Part shown: positions 1 to 9,578 of the stretch, piece after piece
Numbering within the stretch: the first letter of the stretch is position 1
How the letters are laid out: the number at the start of each line of letters is the position of its first letter
The notes under the pieces: model-generated
Databases searched by the model: none
What the model was told of the DNA's origin: nothing
What the model saw: the letters and a program-made list of their open reading frames with translations, nothing else
Origin: a virus
Taxonomy: Duplodnaviria > Caudoviricetes
DNA length: 53,324 nucleotides
Reading direction: 5' to 3' (one strand)
IMG/VR virus record: IMGVR_UViG_3300047562_004041
Location: 1-53,324 of that record
Translations under genes and position numbers: made by a program

Positions 1-283
1 CTTGAACACCTTGTGAACCTTGACTTCCTCTAGTGCCTTGTGTACCTTGTGCGCCTTGATTTCCAGTGCCACTTATACCTTGAACACCTTGTGAACCTTG
101 ACTTCCTCTAGTGCCTTGTGTACCTTGTGCGCCTTGATTTCCAGTGCCACTTATACCTTGAACACCTTGTGAACCTTGACTTCCTCTAGTGCCTTGTGTA
201 CCTTGTGCGCCTTGATTTCCAGTGCCACTTATACCTTGAACACCTTGTGAACCTTGACTTCCTCTAGTGCCTTGTGTACCTTG
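1..283. repeat. Exact 78-bp tandem repeat (~3.6 copies; 26 aa GISGTGNQGAQGTQGTRGSQGSQGVQ)
   Basis: Unit restarts at 1, 79, 157 and 235 with identical sequence. Confidence 0.95.
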
Positions 284-1993
284 AGTGCCTTGTCTTCCAT
301 CAGAGCCTTGAGTGCCTTGAGTGCCCTGTAGACCTTGTGAACCACCTTCACCACCTAATCCTTGGGTTCCTTGAGTGCCCTGTAGACCTTGTGTACCTTG
401 ACTTCCTAAAGTGCCTTGAGTACCTTGAGTGCCCTGTCTTCCTTCAGCACCTTGAGCGCCTTGGATGCCTTGGCTTCCTTGGGCTCCACCTGTACCACCA
501 AAACCTTGAGTTCCTTGGATGCCCTGGAGACCTTGAGTACCTTGAGTACCTTGTCTTCCTTCAGCACCTTGTAGACCTTGTGTGCCTTGTCTTCCTTCAG
601 TGCCTTGTGTGCCTTGAGTGCCTTGGATGCCTTGGCTTCCTTGAGCTCCACCTGAACCACCGAAACCTTGAGTTCCTTGGATACCCTGAAGACCTTGAGC
701 TCCTTGAGTTCCTTGAAGACCTTGAATTGATTCTCCCTGGAGACCTTGTGTACCTTGAAGACCTTGAGTGCCTTGTGTACCTTGCACATTTCCAGCAAGA
801 CCTTGAATTCCCTGAGTTCCTTGGGCTCCCTGAGTGCCCTGAAGACCCTGAGTGCCCTGAAGACCTTGTGTACCTTGGGTACCTTGAATTGACTCGCCCT
901 GGAGACCTTGTAGACCCTGTGTACCTTGTAAACCTTGAGTACCTTGGGTACCTTGAATTGATTCTCCCTGGAGACCTTGTGTGCCTTGAAGACCTTGAGT
1001 TCCTTGTGGTCCCTGTACATCTCCAGCAAGACCTTGAATTCCCTGAGTTCCTTGGGCTCCCTGAGTGCCCTGAAGACCCTGAGTGCCCTGAAGACCTTGT
1101 GTACCTTGTGGACCTTGTATAGATTCGCCTTGTAGACCCTGTGTACCTTGTAAACCTTGAGTGCCTTGTGTACCTTGAATTGATTCTCCCTGGAGACCTT
1201 GTGTACCCTGAGTACCTTGTAGACCTTGAGTACCTTGTGTACCTTGAATTGATTCGCCCTGGAGACCTTGAGTACCTTGAGTACCTTGTGATCCTTGTGC
1301 TCCTTCTTGTCCGCCAGTTCCCTGGGCTCCCTGGATGCCTTGAAGTCCCTGTAAACCTTGCGTTCCCTGTAAACCTTGCGTTCCCTGTGGACCTTGAGTG
1401 CCCTGTAGACCTTGTGAACCTCCCTGTCCACCAAGACCTTGTGTTCCTTGTACTCCTTGTGGTCCTCTTATTTTTCCTACATTTACCCACTGTTCTGATG
1501 GATTTATCCATACCCAAAATTCATCTGTGGCATCATCAATAATTCCATCGCCTGGCAATGTTGTATATGTGCCAATTGGCTCCACATTATTAATTACAAA
1601 ATCATTTAAAACTAAGTCTTCATTTCCTGGCCCAAAAGCTAAAACATCTGGCACCAAACCGATAATTTTTATAGTAGGACCAGAAGTTCCTTGTGTTCCC
1701 TGTGTTCCTTGAGTGCCTTGAGCACCTTGGGTTCCCTGAGTTCCTTGTACTACTAAATCTAAACTTGGAATCCAAAATCTTTGTCCAGTGTATCCTTGAA
1801 CCGCAGTTAATATATAATGTTCTTCAGTTAACTTTGATCCAGGTGGAAATGGATTTGTACCTATAGAAGATACTCCAACAAGAGGATCCCCAAGATCTGG
1901 TTCAGCTTGCTCCAAACCTAAAAATTGATATCGATCTGAAGTGATTCCAGATTGTGGGAATCTCTTTACTCTTCCTGAAGTATACTTAGTCAT
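2..1993 (-). CDS. Collagen-like (Gly-X-Y) tail fibre/virion protein; C-terminus runs off the window's left edge
   Basis: Translated by hand because it is absent from the ORF track (no stop in window). ATG at 1993 gives MTKYTSGRVKRFPQSGITSDRYQFLGLEQAEPDLGDP..., then a long G-[TSVAL]-Q triplet tract to position 2. Confidence 0.9.
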   Translation of the reverse strand, partial: MTKYTSGRVKRFPQSGITSDRYQFLGLEQAEPDLGDPLVGVSSIGTNPFPPGSKLTEEHYILTAVQGYTGQRFWIPSLDLVVQGTQGTQGAQGTQGTQGTQGTSGPTIKIIGLVPDVLAFGPGNEDLVLNDFVINNVEPIGTYTTLPGDGIIDDATDEFWVWINPSEQWVNVGKIRGPQGVQGTQGLGGQGGSQGLQGTQGPQGTQGLQGTQGLQGLQGIQGAQGTGGQEGAQGSQGTQGTQGLQGESIQGTQGTQGLQGTQGTQGLQGESIQGTQGTQGLQGTQGLQGESIQGPQGTQGLQGTQGLQGTQGAQGTQGIQGLAGDVQGPQGTQGLQGTQGLQGESIQGTQGTQGLQGTQGLQGLQGESIQGTQGTQGLQGTQGLQGTQGAQGTQGIQGLAGNVQGTQGTQGLQGTQGLQGESIQGLQGTQGAQGLQGIQGTQGFGGSGGAQGSQGIQGTQGTQGTEGRQGTQGLQGAEGRQGTQGTQGLQGIQGTQGFGGTGGAQGSQGIQGAQGAEGRQGTQGTQGTLGSQGTQGLQGTQGTQGLGGEGGSQGLQGTQGTQGSDGRQGTQGTQGTRGSQGSQGVQGISGTGNQGAQGTQGTRGSQGSQGVQGISGTGNQGAQGTQGTRGSQGSQGVQGISGTGNQGAQGTQGTRGSQGSQGVQ
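721..1290. repeat. Higher-order degenerate repeats in the collagen gene (~231-bp duplication)
   Basis: Block tccagcaagaccttgaattccc...gaagaccttgtgtaccttg at ~791-877 and ~1022-1108; cttgaattgattctccctggagacc recurs. Confidence 0.85.
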
Positions 1994-1999
1994 TTACTT

Positions 2000-2368
2000 T
2001 TATTTCTTAGCAGTTTCGAGGACACTTAGAATTAATTCGAGAACACCATTTTCATTACCTTGAATTTTAATCACATCATAAGTTTCTAATGCAAGTCTAC
2101 CATCTGGTATTAATGATACACTATCATTAGGTGGGATATCCACTTCATTTGCAAATTTATAATCAGCTTTTATTTCTGATGGTTGTATGACAAGATCACG
2201 AGAATGGACAGCAGTTACATTATATGTAGTTCCTGCAGTAGAAACATTTGTAACTTGAGATAAAATTATGATTGAAGCAACTCCAATGGGACATGTATAT
2301 ATGCCAACCATTTCGGTTGTAACTCCAACTCTAATTGTTTTAAATCTATTAAGAGCAATTGCTGCCAT
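2000..2368 (-). CDS. Small virion structural protein (122 aa)
   Basis: Tightly packed ORF in fibre operon; beta-rich; ends LSVLETAK. Confidence 0.75.
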   Translation of the reverse strand: MAAIALNRFKTIRVGVTTEMVGIYTCPIGVASIIILSQVTNVSTAGTTYNVTAVHSRDLVIQPSEIKADYKFANEVDIPPNDSVSLIPDGRLALETYDVIKIQGNENGVLELILSVLETAKK

Positions 2369-2369
2369 T

Positions 2370-5300
2370 TTACTTACCTAATGCAATGATTAAAGGTGTT
2401 ATAGTATTTAACAAACTTTGATCGAATGATCTTCCTGTGATGGTTCCAGTCAATTGATTTACTGTTATATCATCTCCAATTTTAAAGTTACCCGCTTGAT
2501 TTGTACTCGTATAAATTACTTGTCCGCCTTCTATTTTTACCACTTCATTGTCTGGATTTGTAATACCACCCAAGGCAGGTTTTGCGGTATCAATATTTGT
2601 TCCGGCTCCAACCCACTCAAATGAGATTGTTGTTGCAATTTGCAAGCTCAATCTACTAAAGTATACTGTAGTTCCGGATCCAACTGTATTATTTAGAGTT
2701 TGAGTTAAAACGATAGTTGAGACGCCATTTACTGGCTCAGTTGCAGTTGCGATGTTATAATATGTTGGATATAATGTTGCTCTAGCTGTAGCCTGTATGC
2801 CAATTCCCCCATTAGGAGGAGCAATTTCCACAGTAGGAATTCCTTTATATTGACTTCCAGTACTGATCACATCAATAGAAGTGACTCTACCAAATTGATC
2901 TACATTTGCGGATGCTTCTGCGCGAATTCCGCTTGGTCCCTCTGGGAATCCAATTGTTACTCTAGGTGGTAATCCAGGAAGATATCCAAGTCCTGGTTCA
3001 TCGACTACTATAGTTTGAACTGTATTGTATAGCTCGCCGAAGTACAATGCCTGTCCATCATAAGGACGATTGGTCCCAACACCGGAAACAACTATAGTGT
3101 CAGTTTCAATTGGGGCAGTGTCAACTATTTTTCCAGTATAGCGATAAATTGATTTTGATGTTTTATCTCCAACACCATTTGAATATAATCCATAATTACC
3201 AAATGAAGCATTTGAGTTTGTAAGATCGCATTGTCCACCAGATCCTGTATATATCGCAATATCATCACAAATAGTAAAGATAGATACTAACTGAGCATAA
3301 GCACCATTAGTAATAGATACGCCGATTCCATTTTGATTATATTGAGTATATGAGTCAACACTCATAGTTCCAGTTACACCAATGTCAGTTTGATCTCCTG
3401 GCTCAGCGGCAAATCCATCAACTTTCATTCCAATACTATCACCAATAAAATTAGTGCAGTTTCTTACATATGGACCCTGGGTGATTGGTCCAACTCCTCT
3501 GGAAAATTCTGGAATTGCTACGCCACCGGAAACATAAGTATGTGGGATCGTTGATGGTCCAACATTAATAGTAAATGTGTCATTAGCAGTATTTGTTCTA
3601 TTAATTGCAATTCCAGTTGTAGGAATGTATGTATGTGGTATTGTAGATTCTCCTACATTAACAGTAAATGTAGATCCAACAGAAGTTAATACTCTAAATT
3701 TATATCCATTATTTCCTGTTGGATAAGTTAAGTTTGGTGGACTATCAGGACAGCTGAATAATAAATCTCTTAATTCCACCAAATCATTATATTCTAAGTT
3801 TATTCCAGGAGCGGTAATGGTAGCTATTCCACTTATATTATCATATTCTGCATCTGTTACATTAAATGGCTTATCAGTTACAATATCAATAACTCTAAAC
3901 TCAAATCCATTATTTCCTGTTGGGTAAATTGTAGTTGTCCCACTTCCACTTGGACAAGAAAATTCTAAATCTCTTATTTTAACAAGATCTCCAGTTTCTA
4001 TCGATAGACCTTCGGCTGTGATTGTAGTAATTCCAGTGGCATTATCATATGTTGCGGTTGTTATTGCTACAACTCTATCTAGAGCTATTCCACCACCAGC
4101 ATAAGTATGTGGTAATGTTGATGCACCAACATAGACTTCAAATGATTGATCATCGTTTATCTTATCAACAAAGAAATCATATCCATATCTACCAGATGGG
4201 AACATTTGAGTTGATATGCCACCACCAGAATTACAACTAAATGATAAATCTCTCAATTCTATAGATTCGCCCTTTATAGCCTTTAGTCCAGGAGAAATTA
4301 TAGTTAATTTACCAGATACTTCATCGTAAACTGCAGAAGTAATTCCAATTGTACTTGTAAATCCAATACCAGAATTTCCAGGGTATGTAGTTCTGATTCC
4401 AACTGTTGTAAATGCCTCGGATCCAAATCCAACAATGCTAGTAACAACACCAACGCAAGATCTCATTGCAGAAACAACATTAGCACAACCATTTATACCA
4501 TTATTGAATCCAGTCAATGGATCAACTTGCATTCCCAAATCTTTTATTTGTGTAATTTCATCTTGGAAACTAGTGTATTTTTGTATTGTTCCACCAGAAT
4601 CATAAGTATGTGGAAGAGTAGACTGTCCAACAATAACTTCAAAGTGGTCGTCATCTACGACTTTTAGTACATTAAATATGTAACCTAGAGAACCTGATGG
4701 ATAAGTCACAATACCTGGTCCAGATGGGCAAGTAAATTCTAATCCAACAATCTTTACTGCATCATCTAATTCCAATCCATGGTTAATTGCAGTAATCGAA
4801 GTAACTCCAGTTATATTGTCATATACTGCATTTGTAATTTCCGTGCCAAGACCAACTGGATATCCACCCCAAGTTACATTGTTTATCACTGCACGAGCGA
4901 CATTGAAAGAGTAATCTACAGTTGCAATAGTTTGTTCAACTTCTTCTGGATTTTTTAGTATTTGTGGAATTAAATTCCAATCAGAATCGTAATATGCCTT
5001 TCCTGCATCAACTGAACGAGAGTTTCCTCCTCTTGTAATATCATGTATAGCACACTTCCAAATGTCTTTGATATCGTCTGCGCAATCATTGCTTTCTAAT
5101 CTTACTCCAAATTTAATTGGTGGGAGTACACTAGTGCTTCCGGCTCCAATTGCTGATGTGACAATCCCTACAAGTTGAGAAATAGTAGTTCCAACTGCAA
5201 CGCAGCCACCAGGAACAGTTATTATAGAAGGATTGAAAGTTTGTGAGACCTCACTTTGATATGATGTAGGAGGTGCAACATTATCTATAACTGATTTTGC

Positions 5301-6341
5301 TATACCTGCAGCATAATCTAGTGTTGCTATTGTCGCAGCTGAAACTCCTACTCCTGTAATATGAACTAATGCGCCAGAATCACTAAAGTATGACAATGCC
5401 GCTCCAACAGATTTACGATTACTATTCGCTTTTAAGTCATAAGAAACAGATCGGAAAATATCTCTAATGTCATCTGCACAATCTTCGGTTGTTCCTGGTC
5501 CAGGAACTGTAAAGTTGAGTCCAGATGGGGAGGTTAAAAATCCAACTGCTTCTGCTGCAATATAATCAATATTTGAATCGATCAATCTTGCTGCATCTTG
5601 TTCTCTATGATTTCCTGCAAACCCACTAAAACCACTTGTCAAAAATCCAACAGATTCTCTTGCAATGTAATCAAGATTAATTCTGACCATTCTTGCGGCA
5701 TCAAAGAATCTATCTACCGCAACACCTTGAAGTGGTTGAAGTGCAACGACAGCAGCACCATCGGTCATTTTTGGGCCAATGAAACTCATGTCAGTAATAT
5801 GACAACCATTATTTACATGGAATAGGTCTAGGTATGGAAATTTTGGTGTGACAACGCAGTTTCTAAGTTCAGTTCCTTCTACAGAAACAGTTTTTTTCAA
5901 TACTATTGGATTTTCTTCAACATAAACTCCTGGGTATACTTTAATAGTATCTCCAAATACAGCTACATTGGCTGCTCCTTTAATAGTTCTTTTAGCGTGA
6001 CTTTCAGTCAACCCAGTATTATTGTCATCTCCACTTTGAGTAACAAAAATTGTTTTGCCTAGTGGCTTATATGCCTGTACTTTTACTTCACCTTTATTTC
6101 CAGGAGTTTGAGATGGAAATAAATCAATTCCAATACCAGGAACTAAGTTAGTTACAATACCAACTAAATTTACGCCATCTCCATAATAATCCAATGCAGT
6201 TACAGAACTTCCAACACTTAAGTTGGTACTGATTGCAACTTTATTTGCAAAAATGTTCAAGTCATTTTGACTTGTAATGTTCGGAACCTCTTGTCCGCCA
6301 ATCAGATTTATTCTTCTTGCACCAAAGCTTTTATCCGACAT
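2370..6341 (-). CDS. Large virion/tail protein (1323 aa): pectin-lyase-like beta-helix with nested helical and beta-repeat insertions
   Basis: GDDNNTG..AKRTIKGA / GDTIKVYPGVYVE beta-helix cap; internal repeats; late promoter upstream. Confidence 0.85.
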   Translation of the reverse strand: MSDKSFGARRINLIGGQEVPNITSQNDLNIFANKVAISTNLSVGSSVTALDYYGDGVNLVGIVTNLVPGIGIDLFPSQTPGNKGEVKVQAYKPLGKTIFVTQSGDDNNTGLTESHAKRTIKGAANVAVFGDTIKVYPGVYVEENPIVLKKTVSVEGTELRNCVVTPKFPYLDLFHVNNGCHITDMSFIGPKMTDGAAVVALQPLQGVAVDRFFDAARMVRINLDYIARESVGFLTSGFSGFAGNHREQDAARLIDSNIDYIAAEAVGFLTSPSGLNFTVPGPGTTEDCADDIRDIFRSVSYDLKANSNRKSVGAALSYFSDSGALVHITGVGVSAATIATLDYAAGIAKSVIDNVAPPTSYQSEVSQTFNPSIITVPGGCVAVGTTISQLVGIVTSAIGAGSTSVLPPIKFGVRLESNDCADDIKDIWKCAIHDITRGGNSRSVDAGKAYYDSDWNLIPQILKNPEEVEQTIATVDYSFNVARAVINNVTWGGYPVGLGTEITNAVYDNITGVTSITAINHGLELDDAVKIVGLEFTCPSGPGIVTYPSGSLGYIFNVLKVVDDDHFEVIVGQSTLPHTYDSGGTIQKYTSFQDEITQIKDLGMQVDPLTGFNNGINGCANVVSAMRSCVGVVTSIVGFGSEAFTTVGIRTTYPGNSGIGFTSTIGITSAVYDEVSGKLTIISPGLKAIKGESIELRDLSFSCNSGGGISTQMFPSGRYGYDFFVDKINDDQSFEVYVGASTLPHTYAGGGIALDRVVAITTATYDNATGITTITAEGLSIETGDLVKIRDLEFSCPSGSGTTTIYPTGNNGFEFRVIDIVTDKPFNVTDAEYDNISGIATITAPGINLEYNDLVELRDLLFSCPDSPPNLTYPTGNNGYKFRVLTSVGSTFTVNVGESTIPHTYIPTTGIAINRTNTANDTFTINVGPSTIPHTYVSGGVAIPEFSRGVGPITQGPYVRNCTNFIGDSIGMKVDGFAAEPGDQTDIGVTGTMSVDSYTQYNQNGIGVSITNGAYAQLVSIFTICDDIAIYTGSGGQCDLTNSNASFGNYGLYSNGVGDKTSKSIYRYTGKIVDTAPIETDTIVVSGVGTNRPYDGQALYFGELYNTVQTIVVDEPGLGYLPGLPPRVTIGFPEGPSGIRAEASANVDQFGRVTSIDVISTGSQYKGIPTVEIAPPNGGIGIQATARATLYPTYYNIATATEPVNGVSTIVLTQTLNNTVGSGTTVYFSRLSLQIATTISFEWVGAGTNIDTAKPALGGITNPDNEVVKIEGGQVIYTSTNQAGNFKIGDDITVNQLTGTITGRSFDQSLLNTITPLIIALGK

Positions 6342-6355
6342 TTCTTTTTTTTAAA

Positions 6356-6362
6356 TATTTAT
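6356..6362 (-). promoter_or_regulatory. T4-type late promoter ATAAATA
   Basis: Motif 15 nt upstream of ATG at 6341. Confidence 0.6.
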
Positions 6363-8347
6363 TCTATTGAGATTCCGAATAATGAAAGTCCATCACCCTC
6401 TATAGTTAATTTAGTATATATGTCATCTACAGCTGGACCTGGTGGACCAGGAGGAGGTGGAGGTGGAGTTGGACCAGGAGGAGGTGGAGGTGGAACAAAA
6501 AAAGTCGAATATGGGTTGTAAATTATTCTTTTTTCAGCTCCTCTCATATTATATCTACCGGACCAATATGTTAAAGTATTTGGATCTGGATATTGGTCTA
6601 AATATTCATTGGTTAAAGTCACAGAACCTGATGTAAATAGCCAATCTTTAACTTGACTGGATGTCGAAGTTGGATTTAATTGTAAGTGTATTGCAACAAT
6701 TCCAGCCACAACTGGTGCAGCTGCACTTGTCCCGTTAAATAAACAATCACGAAATAATCCGTTGTCAGCTCTAACATATGGATCTAATCCTATACATCCT
6801 GCAGCTAAAGTTTCATCTGCAGGTGCCCAAACATCTACTCCTGGTCCGTTGTTAGAATAAAAAGCTTTTCTTTCTGCTCCATCAGATAGGCTAAAATCAT
6901 CCATCGCACCAACACATATTACAGGATGAAAATCTGCCACGGAATCATATCCCATTCCAGATGGTGTCAACCAATTTCTATGTCCACTAGGAATTGTTCC
7001 AGCTGGAAATTCTGGATTCGGGTCAAATGGAAATATAATATCAGTAAAATAATCTAACAAATGTGGATCATCAAGACCAATTCCCAATCTTTGATTGCTA
7101 TTTCCAGCTGATGCAACAAAAATTGCACCAGAATCCATGAGCTCACTTCCAGCCAAATCTGTACTAGCACTACGAGAACTACTGACATAGTTCCTATATT
7201 GTTCAGGTCTTGGAGTTAAAGATTCTTTAGCATATAATACAGGTTTAGTTGGATCTGCCGCTGGAGAGTTACCAATAAATGTTCCTACTTGCCCTTCAAA
7301 GCTATAAGAAACTACTGTAGTACCATCAAATCCACCAAGATATACCCAACTTCCACTAATAATAGTTGGATTTTTTATTCCAGTTGCTGGATTTATTGGT
7401 TTATATAGATGAAATACTTTCATCAAATCAAAAGTAAGTTCTATAGGAACACTAAATTTTCTATTTCTTGATACACAATAAATGCTCCAAATATTGGCAT
7501 TAAATGCAGTACCAAAATTTTTACCCGCAGAAAGAGATGCACATGAAGTCCCATGTGAATCTGTCAATCCATTTGAACCATCCAAATTTGTACCCAAAGT
7601 ATCATTTTCATTGTATGCAGCTGGTATTGTAAAGGTACCAATCGAAGAAAACTGTGGGGATCTAAGAGATGAGTTTTGCCACCAATTTTTTGCAGCAAGT
7701 TCCGTAATTCCTATTCTTCCATCTGGTTTTATGGTTGTCAATCCATTTATATTAAAGTATACTGGATCAATATAATATGGTCCATCTAAAATTACATCTC
7801 TAACTCTAGATTTTCCAGTGGAATCTAAAAATTCTGGATGGTATTGTAAAACACCAGAATCTTGTATTATAATGTCAGTGTTTGATCCATCAATTGTATA
7901 ATCTACATTTCCTAAAACAGGAGGTATGAATTCTCCAGTTTGTGTCCAAAAATCAGAACTTTTTTGCAGTACCGTTCTTTTGATTGCCCAATTAGTTCTG
8001 TTAATTTCTTCTGGTGTTGGGGTTGGAGAAATAGATGTATTTAAATCTCTGTATATTTTTACATCAGTTGGCCATCTTTTTGTACATTGAACTGGAGTGG
8101 GATACACTTCTGGGTGATGTATTGGGGACAATTCTATCCATTTTACATTAGGATGATTTAATAATTCTTGAACTTCCTCCTCGGACAATAAGAATGTACC
8201 TCTAGTTTGACTATGTTCTTTTTCATCAGAACATTCGACACATCTATTTGGAACATGTTCACACTCCGATTCATGGCATAATTGATTGTGAATCTCTTGC
8301 CAATATTCAGGTTGAGTTACACTTAAAGTATAATGCTTGTATTCCAT
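6359..8347 (-). CDS. Subtilisin-like S8 serine protease
   Basis: Catalytic motifs IIIQDSG (Asp), HGTSCAS (His), ASAGN (oxyanion Asn), GTSAAAP (Ser); Pro-rich C-terminal linker. Confidence 0.92.
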   Translation of the reverse strand: MEYKHYTLSVTQPEYWQEIHNQLCHESECEHVPNRCVECSDEKEHSQTRGTFLLSEEEVQELLNHPNVKWIELSPIHHPEVYPTPVQCTKRWPTDVKIYRDLNTSISPTPTPEEINRTNWAIKRTVLQKSSDFWTQTGEFIPPVLGNVDYTIDGSNTDIIIQDSGVLQYHPEFLDSTGKSRVRDVILDGPYYIDPVYFNINGLTTIKPDGRIGITELAAKNWWQNSSLRSPQFSSIGTFTIPAAYNENDTLGTNLDGSNGLTDSHGTSCASLSAGKNFGTAFNANIWSIYCVSRNRKFSVPIELTFDLMKVFHLYKPINPATGIKNPTIISGSWVYLGGFDGTTVVSYSFEGQVGTFIGNSPAADPTKPVLYAKESLTPRPEQYRNYVSSSRSASTDLAGSELMDSGAIFVASAGNSNQRLGIGLDDPHLLDYFTDIIFPFDPNPEFPAGTIPSGHRNWLTPSGMGYDSVADFHPVICVGAMDDFSLSDGAERKAFYSNNGPGVDVWAPADETLAAGCIGLDPYVRADNGLFRDCLFNGTSAAAPVVAGIVAIHLQLNPTSTSSQVKDWLFTSGSVTLTNEYLDQYPDPNTLTYWSGRYNMRGAEKRIIYNPYSTFFVPPPPPPGPTPPPPPPGPPGPAVDDIYTKLTIEGDGLSLFGISIE

Positions 8348-8348
8348 A

Positions 8349-9539
8349 TTACATTAAGGTACTTCTTGTAAACATGTAAGTTACTATTCCAACAGTTCCA
8401 GTTACAGGAGTAGCTAAAACACTACATGTGTTTCCAGATATTGTGGCGCCAATTGAAACTACTATACCAGGATTGTACATAATAGCATACTCCTCTGAGA
8501 ATGCTGTTGTTCCGTTTTGCATTAACAAAAGTTTTTGAGATTGTATGTTTTCTCCATTCTGTATATAAAATGTATATTCTGCTACTTTGAAATTTGATGT
8601 CAATAAATTATATGAGTCAATTGTTGCTGCAACGCCAACAGTCGCAGAAAATGTTGATGATGAATTTAAAAAGTTATAATTTTCTATTTGAAAATTAGTA
8701 ATAGATGGTGGACCACCAATTCTAAACGCAGTTGCTTCTATAGTTGAAGCAAAAACATTTTCTAGATTTGTGTCTCCGGGAGTTACAGTTAAAGATGTTG
8801 CTTCTGCTGAGGCAAGAGTAGACTCTGTAGTTACATCTAAAGCATCTACAGTCGCAGTTCCAGTAATTGAAGCATCTCCACTCACATCAAGTTCAACATT
8901 TGGAGTTACTCCAATTCCAAGTTTATTTGAAAATGGATTATACACTAACCCATTTGAATCGACTTTAAGAGTATTTTCTACTCCATCTTCTGGGTTTCCA
9001 GCAAATACTACATTATAATTTACATCATCATCATTTTGTTCAGTATTTATAGCTATTATATCTTCTATTTGCTTCCATTCTGGTCCCTCAAATTCCCCTC
9101 TAGATACCAATACATTATTTTCATTTCCACTAGTTACTCTTCTGTTAATACTAATTGTAAGAGTGGTTGAACCAATTCCATTTTTATGAGCTACATTTAA
9201 ATTTACAATAGAGGCTCCAATTGATACTACCCTAGTCGATGGTTCAAAGTATACATCATTTGATTCAGTTAAAGAATCATTTATTCTTATTAATGAAGTG
9301 TCAATTCCACTAATTACTCCAGGTGAAGTAGCTGATGCAATTCCAGTGGTAACTTTTACTAATGAACTAGTTACACCAACTAAAAAGAGATCGTCTAGTG
9401 CTAAATCACCTCTTACATCAAAATTATATTCCGGTACAGTAGATCCTATGCCAACCTTCTTTGTTGCCGAATCTGCATAGATTAAATCTAATCCTACCTC
9501 AAGACCATTTCTTATGACGAAGTTTTTGGTTAATGCCAT
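8349..9539 (-). CDS. Tail fibre-like structural protein (396 aa)
   Basis: KNFVIRNGLEVG N-terminus, VGIGST / LGIGVT fibre motifs. Confidence 0.75.
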   Translation of the reverse strand: MALTKNFVIRNGLEVGLDLIYADSATKKVGIGSTVPEYNFDVRGDLALDDLFLVGVTSSLVKVTTGIASATSPGVISGIDTSLIRINDSLTESNDVYFEPSTRVVSIGASIVNLNVAHKNGIGSTTLTISINRRVTSGNENNVLVSRGEFEGPEWKQIEDIIAINTEQNDDDVNYNVVFAGNPEDGVENTLKVDSNGLVYNPFSNKLGIGVTPNVELDVSGDASITGTATVDALDVTTESTLASAEATSLTVTPGDTNLENVFASTIEATAFRIGGPPSITNFQIENYNFLNSSSTFSATVGVAATIDSYNLLTSNFKVAEYTFYIQNGENIQSQKLLLMQNGTTAFSEEYAIMYNPGIVVSIGATISGNTCSVLATPVTGTVGIVTYMFTRSTLM

Positions 9540-9578
9540 ACTTCTCCTTTAAAGGTTCACTATCCCCTTTTTTATTAT

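Noticed and set aside
1-283. Possible CRISPR array
   Set aside because: Head-to-tail identical 78-bp units without unique spacers, in frame in a CDS
274-1712. Track ORFs 274..1122+, 406..1434-, 597..1517-, 1141..1542+, 1398..1712+
   Set aside because: Stop-free shadow frames of the collagen repeat; the real frame starts at 1993
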